DNA from: Candidatus Altimarinota bacterium
Lineage (GTDB): Bacteria > Patescibacteriota > Gracilibacteria > 1-14-2-50-48-13
Assembly (NCBI GenBank): GCA_046314355.1
Contig: JBKBWQ010000001.1
Coordinates: forward strand, 288,001 to 352,000
Direction of reading: 5' to 3'
Length of the DNA: 64,000 nt
Every line of letters starts with the position of its first letter. Within the stretch, counting starts at the first letter, position 1. The notes beneath the pieces were generated by a model. The model was given only the letters and a program-made list of their open reading frames with translations. It was not told the DNA's origin and did no database searches. The position numbers and the translations under genes are program-made. Positions 40,931 through 51,235 of the stretch are shown here, piece after piece.

Positions 40931-41908
40931 TTGAAAACATTTACCATTACTGAAGCCGAACACGATCTAAGAATAGATAAGTTTCTTCGCAGATATTTTG
41001 CAAGTTTGCCTCTTTCCACAGTCTATAAACTGCTGCGTAAAAAGACTATAAAAGTAAATAATAAGAAAGCAGATGAAAAATACCTTTTGCAAAAAGGTGA
41101 CACCGTAGAAGTATTCCTGTCTGAGGAATCTTTAGGAAAGATAGAAACAGAGTCAAAGGAGCGAAGAGAAAGAAATCTCGCTATCGTTAAGCCTACTTTT
41201 GAAGTTCTATTCGAGGATGAATCAATATTAGTAGTGAATAAACCTGGAGATATAGCTGTACACTCAGGGACAAGTGTTGGCATAAATACGCTTATCAATC
41301 AAATACTCACCTATCTTCACTATAAAGGTGAAGGCTTTAAACCAGCACTCGCACACAGGCTTGATATGCAGACATCAGGCATTATTTTAGTAGGAAAGAC
41401 CCGTGAGGCACTTCTTTCTCTGAATGCCCAAATCAAAGACCGCGAGGTACAGAAATACTATCTTGCTCTTGCCCAGGGTATGTTAGAAAAAAAGGAGGGA
41501 ACCATAAAAGTTGCTCTTAAAAGAAATTATCATTCTGAAAAAAAGTTTAAAGTGACAAAAGCTGAAGAAGGGGAAGACTCACAGGAAGCAGTCACTAAGT
41601 ATAAGATAGAGAAGGAATGGAAAAATAAGTTTACGCTCCTGCGTCTCCAGCTCATCACAGGTAGAACTCATCAGATCCGTGCTCATTTAGCAACCATAGG
41701 GCACCCTATAATCGGAGATTCTTCTTATGGAAACTTTAACAGCAACCATGAAATACAGAGAGAGACTGGATTAAAAAGACAATTCCTGCACTCAACGGAG
41801 ATGATCTTTACGCATCCGATCACTAAGAAAAAAATGGATATTGTGTGCCCACTTCCAAAAGACTTAGAAAAAGTGCTCGCGTGGCTAAACGAGAAATTTG
41901 CAGATTAA
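40931..41908 (+). CDS. RluA/RluC-family pseudouridine synthase
   Basis: S4 N-terminus, NKPG, HRLDMQTSG, TGRTHQIRAH, RQFLH. Confidence 0.95.
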   Translation: MKTFTITEAEHDLRIDKFLRRYFASLPLSTVYKLLRKKTIKVNNKKADEKYLLQKGDTVEVFLSEESLGKIETESKERRERNLAIVKPTFEVLFEDESILVVNKPGDIAVHSGTSVGINTLINQILTYLHYKGEGFKPALAHRLDMQTSGIILVGKTREALLSLNAQIKDREVQKYYLALAQGMLEKKEGTIKVALKRNYHSEKKFKVTKAEEGEDSQEAVTKYKIEKEWKNKFTLLRLQLITGRTHQIRAHLATIGHPIIGDSSYGNFNSNHEIQRETGLKRQFLHSTEMIFTHPITKKKMDIVCPLPKDLEKVLAWLNEKFAD

Positions 41909-41987
41909 AAATCTCCCATATTTACAAGTTTTTTACAGGTAGTATAGTACTTCTGTAAATAAAATTAATTGTAAAATAACAAAGGAG

Positions 41988-42428
41988 GTGCGTATGAGGG
42001 AATTTTCATTTCCATTCAATCGGTTATCAATTGCACAAAAGGATGTAATTATCCAGATTGTAAAAGAAATAGAATCCTTACAAAAAATTTCTCATAATCC
42101 AGATGAAGTCGACAGGTTAGAAATGACTAGTGTGCAGCGTTTAGAGGATGCGCTACTCAGTATTCAAAACATAAAAGAAGAATTTATGAAGGAGAAAGAT
42201 TTCATAGATCTGCCTCTGACCAATCTTTTTTTAGAAAATGACAAGGATCAGCAGAAAATGGTGAGAACCATTCAGACTTATCTCTTTAAGCTCGGGATGA
42301 GAACAACTCGGGATTTGCTTCAAAAAAGCTATAACGAGTTAGTCGGTATGAATGGTTTAAGTAAGCAAATGGCAGATATCATCGTTGAGTATTTAAACAA
42401 ATACAATTTAAAATTACAAAGTTTTTAA
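41988..42428 (+). CDS. Small protein with an RNA polymerase alpha-CTD-like domain
   Basis: PLTNL..VRT..YL.KLGMRTTRDLLQKSYNELVGMNGLSKQMADIIVEYL..YNLKL follows the alphaCTD pattern; strong AAGGAGG SD. Confidence 0.6.
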   Translation: MRMREFSFPFNRLSIAQKDVIIQIVKEIESLQKISHNPDEVDRLEMTSVQRLEDALLSIQNIKEEFMKEKDFIDLPLTNLFLENDKDQQKMVRTIQTYLFKLGMRTTRDLLQKSYNELVGMNGLSKQMADIIVEYLNKYNLKLQSF

Positions 42429-42442
42429 AAATTGAAAATTAT

Positions 42443-42473
42443 AAAAGGGATGACATTCGTTCATCTCTTTTTT
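42443..42473 (+). terminator. Intrinsic terminator
   Basis: AAAAGGGATGA..TCATCTCTTTTTT. Confidence 0.65.
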
Positions 42474-42501
42474 ATAATAAAGAATATTTGCCCATATATT
42501 T

Positions 42502-43140
42502 ATGAATTTAAAAGATATCGAGTTCATCCTAGATGAACTCTGCAAGCTCTATCCGTCTCCAAAAACAGAGCTAGAGCATAGAAACCCCTACGAGCTTCTC
42601 GTGGCAACAATGCTCTCAGCTCAATGTACTGATAAGAGAGTAAACTTAGTTACTCCAGAGTTATTTAGAGTATGTCCAAGTACAGCAGAGCTCGCTGAGA
42701 TTGATATAGATGATTTAAAGTATCTCATTAAATCTATTAATTTTTTCAATAATAAGGCAGTCAATCTCAAGAGAATGGCTCAGATTCTTCAGCAGGAGCA
42801 TAATGGCGAAGTTCCTAAATCACGAGAAGCGCTTGAGGCGCTGCCGGGAGTGGGTCGAAAAACAGCAAATGTCGTACTTGCAAACGCTTTTGGAATACCT
42901 GCATTAGCCGTCGATACTCATGTATATCGCGTGACAAACCGGCTAGGGATAGTACATGAAAAAGAGCCGCTTAAAACAGAACAGGCACTTCTAAAAGTAA
43001 TTCCGAAAAAATGGTGGATAGATGGACACCATCTGTTTATTCTACATGGACGAAGAATTTGCATAGCTAGAAAACCAAAGTGCGAAGAATGTCCTGTAAG
43101 AGGGAAGTGCGAATATTACAAAAAACTAACACAGGAGTAA
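42502..43140 (+). CDS. nth: Endonuclease III
   Basis: LSAQCTDKRVN, LPGVGRKTANVV, VDTHV, CIARKPKCEEC..C. Confidence 0.97.
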   Translation: MNLKDIEFILDELCKLYPSPKTELEHRNPYELLVATMLSAQCTDKRVNLVTPELFRVCPSTAELAEIDIDDLKYLIKSINFFNNKAVNLKRMAQILQQEHNGEVPKSREALEALPGVGRKTANVVLANAFGIPALAVDTHVYRVTNRLGIVHEKEPLKTEQALLKVIPKKWWIDGHHLFILHGRRICIARKPKCEECPVRGKCEYYKKLTQE

Positions 43141-43144
43141 ATCT

Positions 43145-43194
43145 AGAGATAAAAAAAGAGCAGCGGTTTAATCCGCTGCTCTTTTTTTATCTCT
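43145..43194. terminator. Strong bidirectional terminator
   Basis: AGAGATAAAAAAAGAGCAGCGG-TTTAAT-CCGCTGCTCTTTTTTTATCTCT. Confidence 0.9.
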
Positions 43195-43230
43195 TCATCT
43201 TGTTTCTACTCTACTAATCTTTAATCAATA

Positions 43231-46200
43231 TTACTTATTTGGGAACTCATACATCATAAGCGCAATCTTTGAAAGCTCTGCTCGTGTTGCAAAATGCTCT
43301 CCGTGGAAAAGTCCGTCGTTCTTACCGCTGACAATTCCTCGTTTGAAAGAATATGCTACATATCGTGAGAACCAATCTGTTTCTCGTACATCCTGGAAGA
43401 ATGTATAATCATCAGAATCTGAAGACTGTATTACCTGCTCCTGATCAATCTTTGCCTGAAGTACACCGCTTGTTCCTCTAAGGATAATTTTGAGTGCTTC
43501 AGCTCTATTGACTGGCTGATTTGGTCTAAAGAATCCATCATCATAACCATTGATAATTCCAAGTGCCTTTGCCTGTGCAATGTAACCAGCATACCACTCA
43601 TTTCCACGGATATCAGGGAAAGCTTTACTTGCATCGATTCCAGCTACAGCTTTTCCATTAAGTCTCATTACAAGCTTCACAAGCTCGGCTCGAGTCATAT
43701 TCACATCTGGTCTGAATAATGATCCTGTAACTCCTGACACTACACCTCTCGATGCAAGTGTACAGATTACATCCTTTGCCCAATGGAACTGAATGTCTGT
43801 AAAGGCAGAACATGTTCCTTGAGGCTGCTGCGGAATACTTGTTCCTGGAGTATTATGTGTGTCAAAGAATCCGATTACTCCTGATTTCTTAATATAAGTA
43901 TCAAATCTCTTTCCCTTGAAATCGCTGTATCCTCCAATCTTTGTCCAAGTCTTTGTAGCAGGATCATAGAACATGATCGCAAGATTCTCTGGCTGTGAAA
44001 CATCTCTAGTAATATCTCTTGAAAGATCTCCGTATACCCGAAGCATTGGTGAGAATGTTTGAGTAAGGTCACCGTACTGGATAAAACAATCATAGAGCTG
44101 AGTATACCCGTTTGGAATACTTGTCTTTGCTGTTTCAGGAAGTCTGCTCGCTGTGTAGCAAGACGGAGTATAGATAGTTCCTGTAAATCGTGATCCGTCC
44201 GGATTCGTCACAATAGTTCCTTTATCATACTGAATGCTGATTCCATTTCCTGCATCCATATGCTTGATCGGTACAGTTGCAACACCGTTTGAAAGATCAA
44301 ATTTGAGTGGTCCGTAAACTGTAAGGAAAGATCCATTATCAGTCGCTGGGATGGTAGTCGGAGTAGTTGTATCTACCTGACTTCCTCCTCCACCACCACC
44401 TCCGCTGCTTCCACCACCGCCTCCTCCGCCACCACCTGTGGATGAGTTAGAAGTATTTATTGTAAACGCCTTAGCAGGGATAGTAATTGTAGCATTATTA
44501 GATGTTACAACTGCTTCTGCTGTATAGTTTCCAGATGGAACGAGTTGTCCATTATTATCAGTTCTGTTCCATGTAATACTTGCAAGCTGTACGCTACCAT
44601 TTCCTGGAACTACGATTGATGTCTGTCCCTGAGTAAAGTTCTGTCCTCTACTAGACTGCCATACAATCTGACCTGCACTGTTTTTGATGATCACATCAAA
44701 CATCTGGCTAGTAGGGAATGTAAGAGTCTGATTTGTACTTGTAGGGTTGAACACTACGACCTGTACATTTACATTTTCAGTTCGTGCAAAGTTTACACTA
44801 TCAGCACCTGTAACTGTACTCTTGAGAAGCAAATTACCTGTAAGTCCAAGAGTAGTCGTTGTACCTCCTGTATTTATAAAGAATGAGAAAGGTCCGTTTG
44901 CAGCAAAAGTTGGAAGTGATCCATCAGTTGCCCGTACTGTCCAATAATATCTCGTGTTATTTGTTCCAGTGAATGAATATGAATTCGTAGTAAGATTAGT
45001 AGCTACCGGAGTAGTACCAGTCAAGTTTGCAGCAGATGTTGCTACGTATACGTTGTAATTCAAAGTATTTCCATTTGGATCCTGTCCAGCCCATGTGAGG
45101 GTAGTAGTAGTTGTACTTACATTTGAGTTATCAGATGGAGATACAAGGTTTACTGTAGGAGCAAGATTTGGATTATTATTGCTAGCGACAATGCTGAATG
45201 CAGTTGTTGCAGCAGTAGGGAAGATGTTTGATCCAGTAGGATTAATATCTCCGCTGAGAATATAGTTACCAAGTGCTACCTGACTTCCATTTGTTCCAGC
45301 TTGATTCCATGTATAATTGTAAGTCTTTACTTCACCTGGATTGAAAGTCACTGACTGATTTCCAGATGTAGATGGAGAGATAAACACCTGCTGATTATTT
45401 GCATCCATTACTCTAAAGAGAGCTCGTGAAGCATCGTTGATAGTTGCTGTCTGAGTATTCTGCGTAAGATTTCGTACCTGAAGCTCAAATACCATGTTCT
45501 GTCCCTGTATAAATACAGTTCGAGGATTATTTGTAGCTCCGTCTCTTGTGATAAGAGTATATTCAAAGTTTGCATTTGCACTAGGATTCTGAGTCGCAGT
45601 CTGAGTCGTAAATGTAAATGTACCATTTAGTGACTGACCTGTAAGTCCCTGAGGATCTCTAGCTACTACTCTCCAATAGTACCGTGTACCATTTGCAAGA
45701 CCAGTTGCCTGATAGTTCGTTGCAGATGTTCCCTGAGTTACAAGAGTTGTAGGGTTTGAATTAGTATCAAAATATACATCGTATAAGAGTGCATCTCCAT
45801 TTGGATCAAATCCAAACCAAGTAAGAGTCACATTTCCACCATTTACAACAGTATTATTCGATGGAGTAAGAAGAGTAACTACAGGTGCATAATTTACCTG
45901 AGACTGAGTAGTTGATACAAGGAACTGCATCTGAGGTGCTGTAGGAAGATTGCTGTTTGTTGCGCGAATCTGTGCAGTCGCAGTATAAAGTCCGTCTACA
46001 AGTGTAGGAGTACCAGATGGTGTATCAGCTGTAAATGTTCTGACCTCTCCTGGTGCGAGTACAATACTAGTATTAGTAGTACTATCTGCATGAGCTACAA
46101 AGCTCTGCGTTCCAGTTGAAGTATTTACATTGAATCGAACCTCATCTCCATTATCCGGGAATGTTAGTGTCTGAGGCTGTGTGCTGATATTTGCTACCTG

Positions 46201-48798
46201 CATCACAAACCGTATACTTTCATTAGCTGCAAAGACTGTCTTTGCTCGTCCATTAGTAGTAGATGCTGTATAAGCTGTAAATCTGAATGTGTCATTCTGA
46301 GTAACTACTGGAGTTACAGGAGGATTTGTAGTTCCATTCGTGATATTTACACTAAATGAGTTTGGTCCGTTCGTTGCAGTTGCAGTCTGTCCGTTGGAGT
46401 TTCGTGCAATGACATTCCAGTAGTAAGTACCGTTTGTAAGTGTAGGAGAAGTAACCTGAGTACCTGTAACACCTGACATATAAAGTACAGGTGAACTAGT
46501 AGTTCCAAAGTATACATCGTAGCTTACTGCATTTGTACCATTCCAGCTAAGATTTACAGTATTTGTAGTTACTGGAGAAGTTACTGGGTTAAGAGTCACA
46601 GATGGAAGCGTAGTGCTTGTCCCTGTTACAAATGTGAAAGGTCCATTGATTGAAGATGTAAATCCATGAGATGCATCTCTTACCTGTACATTCCAGAAGT
46701 AAGGTACATTTGTACTAAGACCTGTAAGGTTGAAAGTAAGTGTTGTTGGATTTGCAGGATTTGAACTTGCTCCGTTTGGAGTAGTGTAGTTTACACAGTT
46801 CGTATTGATCGCTGCAAGTGATGTAGAATAACATACCTGGTATGTGAGCGCATCACTCTCATTGTCAGTACCTATCCATCGTACAGTTGCTGATGTTGCA
46901 GTTACATTTGTAGCATCCACAAGACGTGCGATTGGTGCCTGATTAGTTACTGTTCCTGTTGTTGTAAAGCTTGCGATCTGATCTGTAGAATACACCATGT
47001 ATGTACCGTCAGATACTCGCGCAGTCCAGTAATAAGTAGTACCAGGTGCGAGATTTGTAATTGTGTATGAACCTGTATTTGTAGTTGTGTATACACAGTT
47101 TGAAGCTGCATTATTTCGGTCTGTACTTATACAGATATCTACCGTAAGTGCATTTCCATCAGGATCAGTAGCACTGTAGTTTACAGTAGCTCCGTTCTGA
47201 GTTGGATTTGTAGCAGATCCGAGAGTGATACTTGGCATTCTATTTGTAGAATTATTTGCCATTGTAGTAAAGGAAAGAGGACCATTATCCGTGATTCCCT
47301 GTACTACCTGATCAGCAACTCGTACTGTCCAGTAATATGTCGTACCTGCAATAAGATTTGTAAGAGTTGTACTCTCATTAGATGTTGTTACAGAACAGTT
47401 ATTTGTGATATTTCCAGCAGTTGTTCCAAAACATACAGTGTATGTGAGAGGAGCATTTACATCTGCATCATATCCATTCCAGATAAGAGTAGCAGTTGTT
47501 GCCTGAATATTTCGTGACTCAAGAAGAGTTACATGTGGAGTATTGTTACCGTTGCTTGTACCAGTAGTTGTGAACGCAGCTGTATTAGAGTCTCGAGTTC
47601 CAACATTATTTGTAGCTTTTACAAACCATGTATACTGAGTATTTGCAAGAAGACCTGAAAGTGTAAAAGTTGTAGCATTTCCTGCATTTGTACAAGTGTA
47701 TGCTCCAGCAGTATTTGTTACCTTATAACATATCTGATATGAGATTGTAGTATTCTGAGTATCAGTTGCGCTGTAAGTTAATATAACACTTCCATCATTA
47801 TTTACAGAAGAGTTAAGTGCTCCAAAGTTTGGAAGAGAGTTACCTCCATTATTTGCATTATTAGTAGTGAAATACTGCACTGAGCTTGATGCGCTTCCAG
47901 TCGTATTTGTTCCACGTACCCACCACTGATATGTAGTAGCAGGAGTAAGACCGCTGATTCTATATGAAGCAGCATTTCCTACATTGATACATGTAGCAAT
48001 AGATGCATACTGTACCTGATAACATACTCTAAAGTCAGATGAGTTTGAGCTAGTCCAAGATACATCCGCAGCTGTAGAGTTTACTACAGTGGAAGAAAGA
48101 TTAGAGAAAAATGGAAGATCTCCGTTATTCACAGTACATCCATTTGAATTTCCGTTTGTTCCATAGATTGAGCAAGTACCATTCGTATTTCCGTTCGTTC
48201 CGTAGATTGATCCATTTACATTGTTGTTTGTACCATAGATGGAACCATTAGAGTTTCCATTAGTACCGTAAATAGATCCGTTTACGTTATTATTTGTACC
48301 ATATATTGATCCAGTATAGTTTTCATTTGTTCCATAGATATTTCCGGAAGTATTTGAGTTAGTCCCGTAAATAGATCCATTGCTAGAAGAAGTAGTGTTC
48401 GTTCCATAAATAGAACCATTAGAAGTACTACTTCCATTAGTACCATAAATAGAACTAGTACTAGACGTAGTATTTGTTCCATAGATTGATCCATTGCTGG
48501 AAGAACCTGTATTAGTTCCATAGATAGAACCATTAGAAGTACTACTTCCGTTGGTACCATAGATAGAGCTCGTACTTGAAGTACTATTAGTTCCGTAAAT
48601 AGAACCATTAGAAGAGCTGCCTGAGTTAGTTCCGTAAATACTAGAACTAGAGTTTGTACCATAGATAGAACTGCTGGAAGTTGAAGAACCAGAATTTGTA
48701 CCATAGATACTTTGCGCCGCAACTATTTCAACCTGAGCTACCTGCGTAAACGCAAATGCTGCAAGGATGAAAGCTGTAAAGATTTTTTTCATAATCAT
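43231..48798 (-). CDS. Large surface protein: IYGTN repeats, multiple FN3 domains, BsuPI-like Ig domains, Gly linker, C-terminal SLH domains
   Basis: Signal peptide MIMKKIF; LxPxTTYxWxV FN3 units; TLTFPTSQMFD..VWQSSRGQNFTQ BsuPI-like; FTDIQFHWA and FRPNQPVNRAE SLH motifs; promoter at 48974-48947 excludes the tracked 48951 start. Confidence 0.88.
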   Translation of the reverse strand: MIMKKIFTAFILAAFAFTQVAQVEIVAAQSIYGTNSGSSTSSSSIYGTNSSSSIYGTNSGSSSNGSIYGTNSTSSTSSIYGTNGSSTSNGSIYGTNTGSSSNGSIYGTNTTSSTSSIYGTNGSSTSNGSIYGTNTTSSSNGSIYGTNSNTSGNIYGTNENYTGSIYGTNNNVNGSIYGTNGNSNGSIYGTNNNVNGSIYGTNGNTNGTCSIYGTNGNSNGCTVNNGDLPFFSNLSSTVVNSTAADVSWTSSNSSDFRVCYQVQYASIATCINVGNAASYRISGLTPATTYQWWVRGTNTTGSASSSVQYFTTNNANNGGNSLPNFGALNSSVNNDGSVILTYSATDTQNTTISYQICYKVTNTAGAYTCTNAGNATTFTLSGLLANTQYTWFVKATNNVGTRDSNTAAFTTTGTSNGNNTPHVTLLESRNIQATTATLIWNGYDADVNAPLTYTVCFGTTAGNITNNCSVTTSNESTTLTNLIAGTTYYWTVRVADQVVQGITDNGPLSFTTMANNSTNRMPSITLGSATNPTQNGATVNYSATDPDGNALTVDICISTDRNNAASNCVYTTTNTGSYTITNLAPGTTYYWTARVSDGTYMVYSTDQIASFTTTGTVTNQAPIARLVDATNVTATSATVRWIGTDNESDALTYQVCYSTSLAAINTNCVNYTTPNGASSNPANPTTLTFNLTGLSTNVPYFWNVQVRDASHGFTSSINGPFTFVTGTSTTLPSVTLNPVTSPVTTNTVNLSWNGTNAVSYDVYFGTTSSPVLYMSGVTGTQVTSPTLTNGTYYWNVIARNSNGQTATATNGPNSFSVNITNGTTNPPVTPVVTQNDTFRFTAYTASTTNGRAKTVFAANESIRFVMQVANISTQPQTLTFPDNGDEVRFNVNTSTGTQSFVAHADSTTNTSIVLAPGEVRTFTADTPSGTPTLVDGLYTATAQIRATNSNLPTAPQMQFLVSTTQSQVNYAPVVTLLTPSNNTVVNGGNVTLTWFGFDPNGDALLYDVYFDTNSNPTTLVTQGTSATNYQATGLANGTRYYWRVVARDPQGLTGQSLNGTFTFTTQTATQNPSANANFEYTLITRDGATNNPRTVFIQGQNMVFELQVRNLTQNTQTATINDASRALFRVMDANNQQVFISPSTSGNQSVTFNPGEVKTYNYTWNQAGTNGSQVALGNYILSGDINPTGSNIFPTAATTAFSIVASNNNPNLAPTVNLVSPSDNSNVSTTTTTLTWAGQDPNGNTLNYNVYVATSAANLTGTTPVATNLTTNSYSFTGTNNTRYYWTVRATDGSLPTFAANGPFSFFINTGGTTTTLGLTGNLLLKSTVTGADSVNFARTENVNVQVVVFNPTSTNQTLTFPTSQMFDVIIKNSAGQIVWQSSRGQNFTQGQTSIVVPGNGSVQLASITWNRTDNNGQLVPSGNYTAEAVVTSNNATITIPAKAFTINTSNSSTGGGGGGGGGSSGGGGGGGSQVDTTTPTTIPATDNGSFLTVYGPLKFDLSNGVATVPIKHMDAGNGISIQYDKGTIVTNPDGSRFTGTIYTPSCYTASRLPETAKTSIPNGYTQLYDCFIQYGDLTQTFSPMLRVYGDLSRDITRDVSQPENLAIMFYDPATKTWTKIGGYSDFKGKRFDTYIKKSGVIGFFDTHNTPGTSIPQQPQGTCSAFTDIQFHWAKDVICTLASRGVVSGVTGSLFRPDVNMTRAELVKLVMRLNGKAVAGIDASKAFPDIRGNEWYAGYIAQAKALGIINGYDDGFFRPNQPVNRAEALKIILRGTSGVLQAKIDQEQVIQSSDSDDYTFFQDVRETDWFSRYVAYSFKRGIVSGKNDGLFHGEHFATRAELSKIALMMYEFPNK
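48145..48712 (-). repeat. 16 tandem (S/N)IYGTN peptide repeats
   Basis: Counted in the translation; S/T/N/G-rich spacers. Confidence 0.95.
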
Positions 48799-49107
48799 TT
48801 GATAATTTAAATGATAGTAAACTGGAAATATATGTATAAGTATCGAAACAGAAAGGGAATACAACAAAAAGAAAATACCGTTTCGTATTCTCTTTTGTTT
48901 TTGTTTGATATTTTGCTCAGTCCCTTTTGAAAGGTTCTGATACACTATCATATGTAAACTTTACTAAATGTCAAGTTATTTTATATATACTATTTATTCT
49001 AACTCACAATTTAGTAACTAAGTATGTATCTCTATAATAGAAGACGACTCAACTAAGGAAAAAGTTACATAAAATTTATTCCCAGAAAAGAGAAACTTTT
49101 TTAACAA

Positions 49108-49141
49108 TAGAAGAAGCGCTGATAAGGGTGCTTCTTCTATT
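49108..49141 (-). terminator. Intrinsic terminator
   Basis: AAGAAGCGCT-GATAAG-GGTGCTTCTT. Confidence 0.7.
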
Positions 49142-49174
49142 TAAATAGATCTAATATTTTACTGTATTTTGAAA

Positions 49175-49828
49175 TTACTCTCTTCCTACAAAGAGTTTTG
49201 CAATCACATTACCGTCAATACTAGCTTCAAATGTATCTCTATTACCCGTAGACACAAATGTAGCAATTTGCGGAACTCTTATTTTCCCAGAACCGTTATT
49301 TATTACTCCTGAAAAAAACGGACGAGCAGCATTAGAAGTCATGATGAGATTTACAGTTTTGCCATTAAACTCACTGAGATCACTAAATGTCAGATCCACA
49401 TTCTCACCAATGTTTATTCCATTTCCTGAGAGAAAGAGTCGAGCATCCTTTCGAGAATTATTCCCTGATTCTTGTTTCACTACAAAATTTGATCCATTGC
49501 TTTGAGCGATCACTAATCTTGGCTGATCCTTATTTAAAGAAATAGGAGCGAGCTGATTTTTATCTACACTACTTGTAGAAGCTTGCGCACTTGGAATAGG
49601 AGTCTCTTCCACTTCTACCAGTTTGTACTTTTTTACTTCCTTTACTTCTGCACACGCTGTATTTACTCCGCAAGGATATAATTGCCCATTCGTAGAACAT
49701 CCTGCAGTCATAGTCAAGATAGCAGAAGCTGTCATACGTACTAGCTTGTTTGCCATAGACGAAGGCAACATTGATACTTGATTTACTTTGTCTTCTTTGT
49801 TTGTAGTTCCTTCATTGATGAAATTCAT
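49175..49828 (-). CDS. Putative lipoprotein sharing its C-terminal domain with 50104-51186
   Basis: TMTAGC lipobox-like; NGSNFVVKQESGNNSRKD..LIMTSN..VGRE. Confidence 0.75.
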   Translation of the reverse strand: MNFINEGTTNKEDKVNQVSMLPSSMANKLVRMTASAILTMTAGCSTNGQLYPCGVNTACAEVKEVKKYKLVEVEETPIPSAQASTSSVDKNQLAPISLNKDQPRLVIAQSNGSNFVVKQESGNNSRKDARLFLSGNGINIGENVDLTFSDLSEFNGKTVNLIMTSNAARPFFSGVINNGSGKIRVPQIATFVSTGNRDTFEASIDGNVIAKLFVGRE

Positions 49829-50020
49829 AATAGCAAAATATAATATATAAAAATTTCATCAAGTTATTACTCCTCTCTTCACTTCAAAACAAGACATATA
49901 TATTTTACTTATCCACAAGAATTGTTGGCACCCCACATCAAATAACATTAAAAACAGATCTTGATATTCTGTATGCTCAAAATACTGAGAGCTCTTATAT
50001 TAAGCGAAAAAATTTTACAC

Positions 50021-50052
50021 AAAAAAAAGAAGCACTTTTTAAAGTGCTTCTT
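50021..50052 (-). terminator. Intrinsic terminator, related to the one at 49108
   Basis: AAGAAGCACTTT-TT-AAAGTGCTTCTT with an A-run. Confidence 0.75.
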
Positions 50053-50103
50053 ATAGGTAACTAGATTCCCTCCTTTCTTTTTATTTATAATAATTTTTTG
50101 TTT

Positions 50104-51186
50104 TTATTCGCGACCAACGTAAAGGCGCACACCAACGTTGCCGTCAATATTTCCTTCATAAGTATCACGCACACTAGTACTTACAGATCCAGGGATCTGT
50201 GGTACTGAAATTGTGACACTTCCTCCACTCACTGTGCCGGTGAACGTAGGTCTTGACGAATTTGAAGTCATGATCAAGGTAAAAGTCTTACCATTGAAAT
50301 CATTCAGACCGCCAAATACTAAGTTAACATTATCTCCACTACGGCTGGCATCTAGACCAATTCTAGAATCCTTTCTAGAATTATTCCCAGATTCCTGCTT
50401 TACAACAAAATTAGAGCCGTTTGTTTGGCTTACAACCAATCTGGATTGATCAGCGTTAAGTTGTAGAGAAGTAACGTTATTGCTTGTTGCTGTACGCACT
50501 GTATAGGTAAATGTGAAAGTTGAACCGTTTGAATTAAATCCTTTTAACTCAACACTGTAGTTAGTATCAGCAGATAAACCGCTGTAAGTAACACTTCTTT
50601 CATTATAGAGAGTTTTTACGTCTCCATTATTTAGCCTAGACTCGATTCTTTGGAGGTTTTCACCTCCGAAATTTACAGTGAATCCACTACTGGTGATACC
50701 AGTGGCAGAAACATTGTTGATTACCGGAGAACCTACATTGGCAGATGATGATGGGCTTGGTGTTGGTGTTGAGATAAGTGTAAAAATCACATTACCATTT
50801 TCGATGGTAACTTTGTCAATTTTACGAACTCCTCCTTCTTCAAATGTTACTTCGTAATATGTTGAAGAAATCCTGGTTGCCTTGATCACTGGATAATTAA
50901 GAGCAGAATAATGAGTTAACATTACTCCTTTCTCTTCATTATTATCTAATGAAGTATATTTACCAGGGGCAGTTGATGCAGATGCGCTTGGAGTAGGTGT
51001 CGCATTACCACTAAGGCGGTACTGTTTGCCAGCTCTAATCTCAAATAATCCTTCGCTATCACGGTAAATCCCATCGGGCATTGCTGCCACATTGATAGAA
51101 CTTACTGGAGCACAACCAGTTACGATTGAACCAAAACCACCGAAAGTTAAAATTCCAACTAATATTAAAGTCTTTACGTTTTTCAT
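50104..51186 (-). CDS. Putative lipoprotein with PT/S linkers, an FN3 domain and the shared C-terminal domain
   Basis: MKN..IVTGC lipobox; TPTPSASAS; YSGLSADTNYSVEL; AAGGAG SD. Confidence 0.8.
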   Translation of the reverse strand: MKNVKTLILVGILTFGGFGSIVTGCAPVSSINVAAMPDGIYRDSEGLFEIRAGKQYRLSGNATPTPSASASTAPGKYTSLDNNEEKGVMLTHYSALNYPVIKATRISSTYYEVTFEEGGVRKIDKVTIENGNVIFTLISTPTPSPSSSANVGSPVINNVSATGITSSGFTVNFGGENLQRIESRLNNGDVKTLYNERSVTYSGLSADTNYSVELKGFNSNGSTFTFTYTVRTATSNNVTSLQLNADQSRLVVSQTNGSNFVVKQESGNNSRKDSRIGLDASRSGDNVNLVFGGLNDFNGKTFTLIMTSNSSRPTFTGTVSGGSVTISVPQIPGSVSTSVRDTYEGNIDGNVGVRLYVGRE

Positions 51187-51235
51187 AATAAATCTCCTTG
51201 CCTCTCGGCATTCTCTATATCATTTTAATATATTT

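Noticed and set aside
44380-44437. CCA/CCT-rich low-complexity tract
   Set aside because: Encodes an ordinary poly-Gly linker in the SLH protein.
48282-48722. Alternative-frame 146-aa repetitive ORF
   Set aside because: Shadow frame of the IYGTN repeats.
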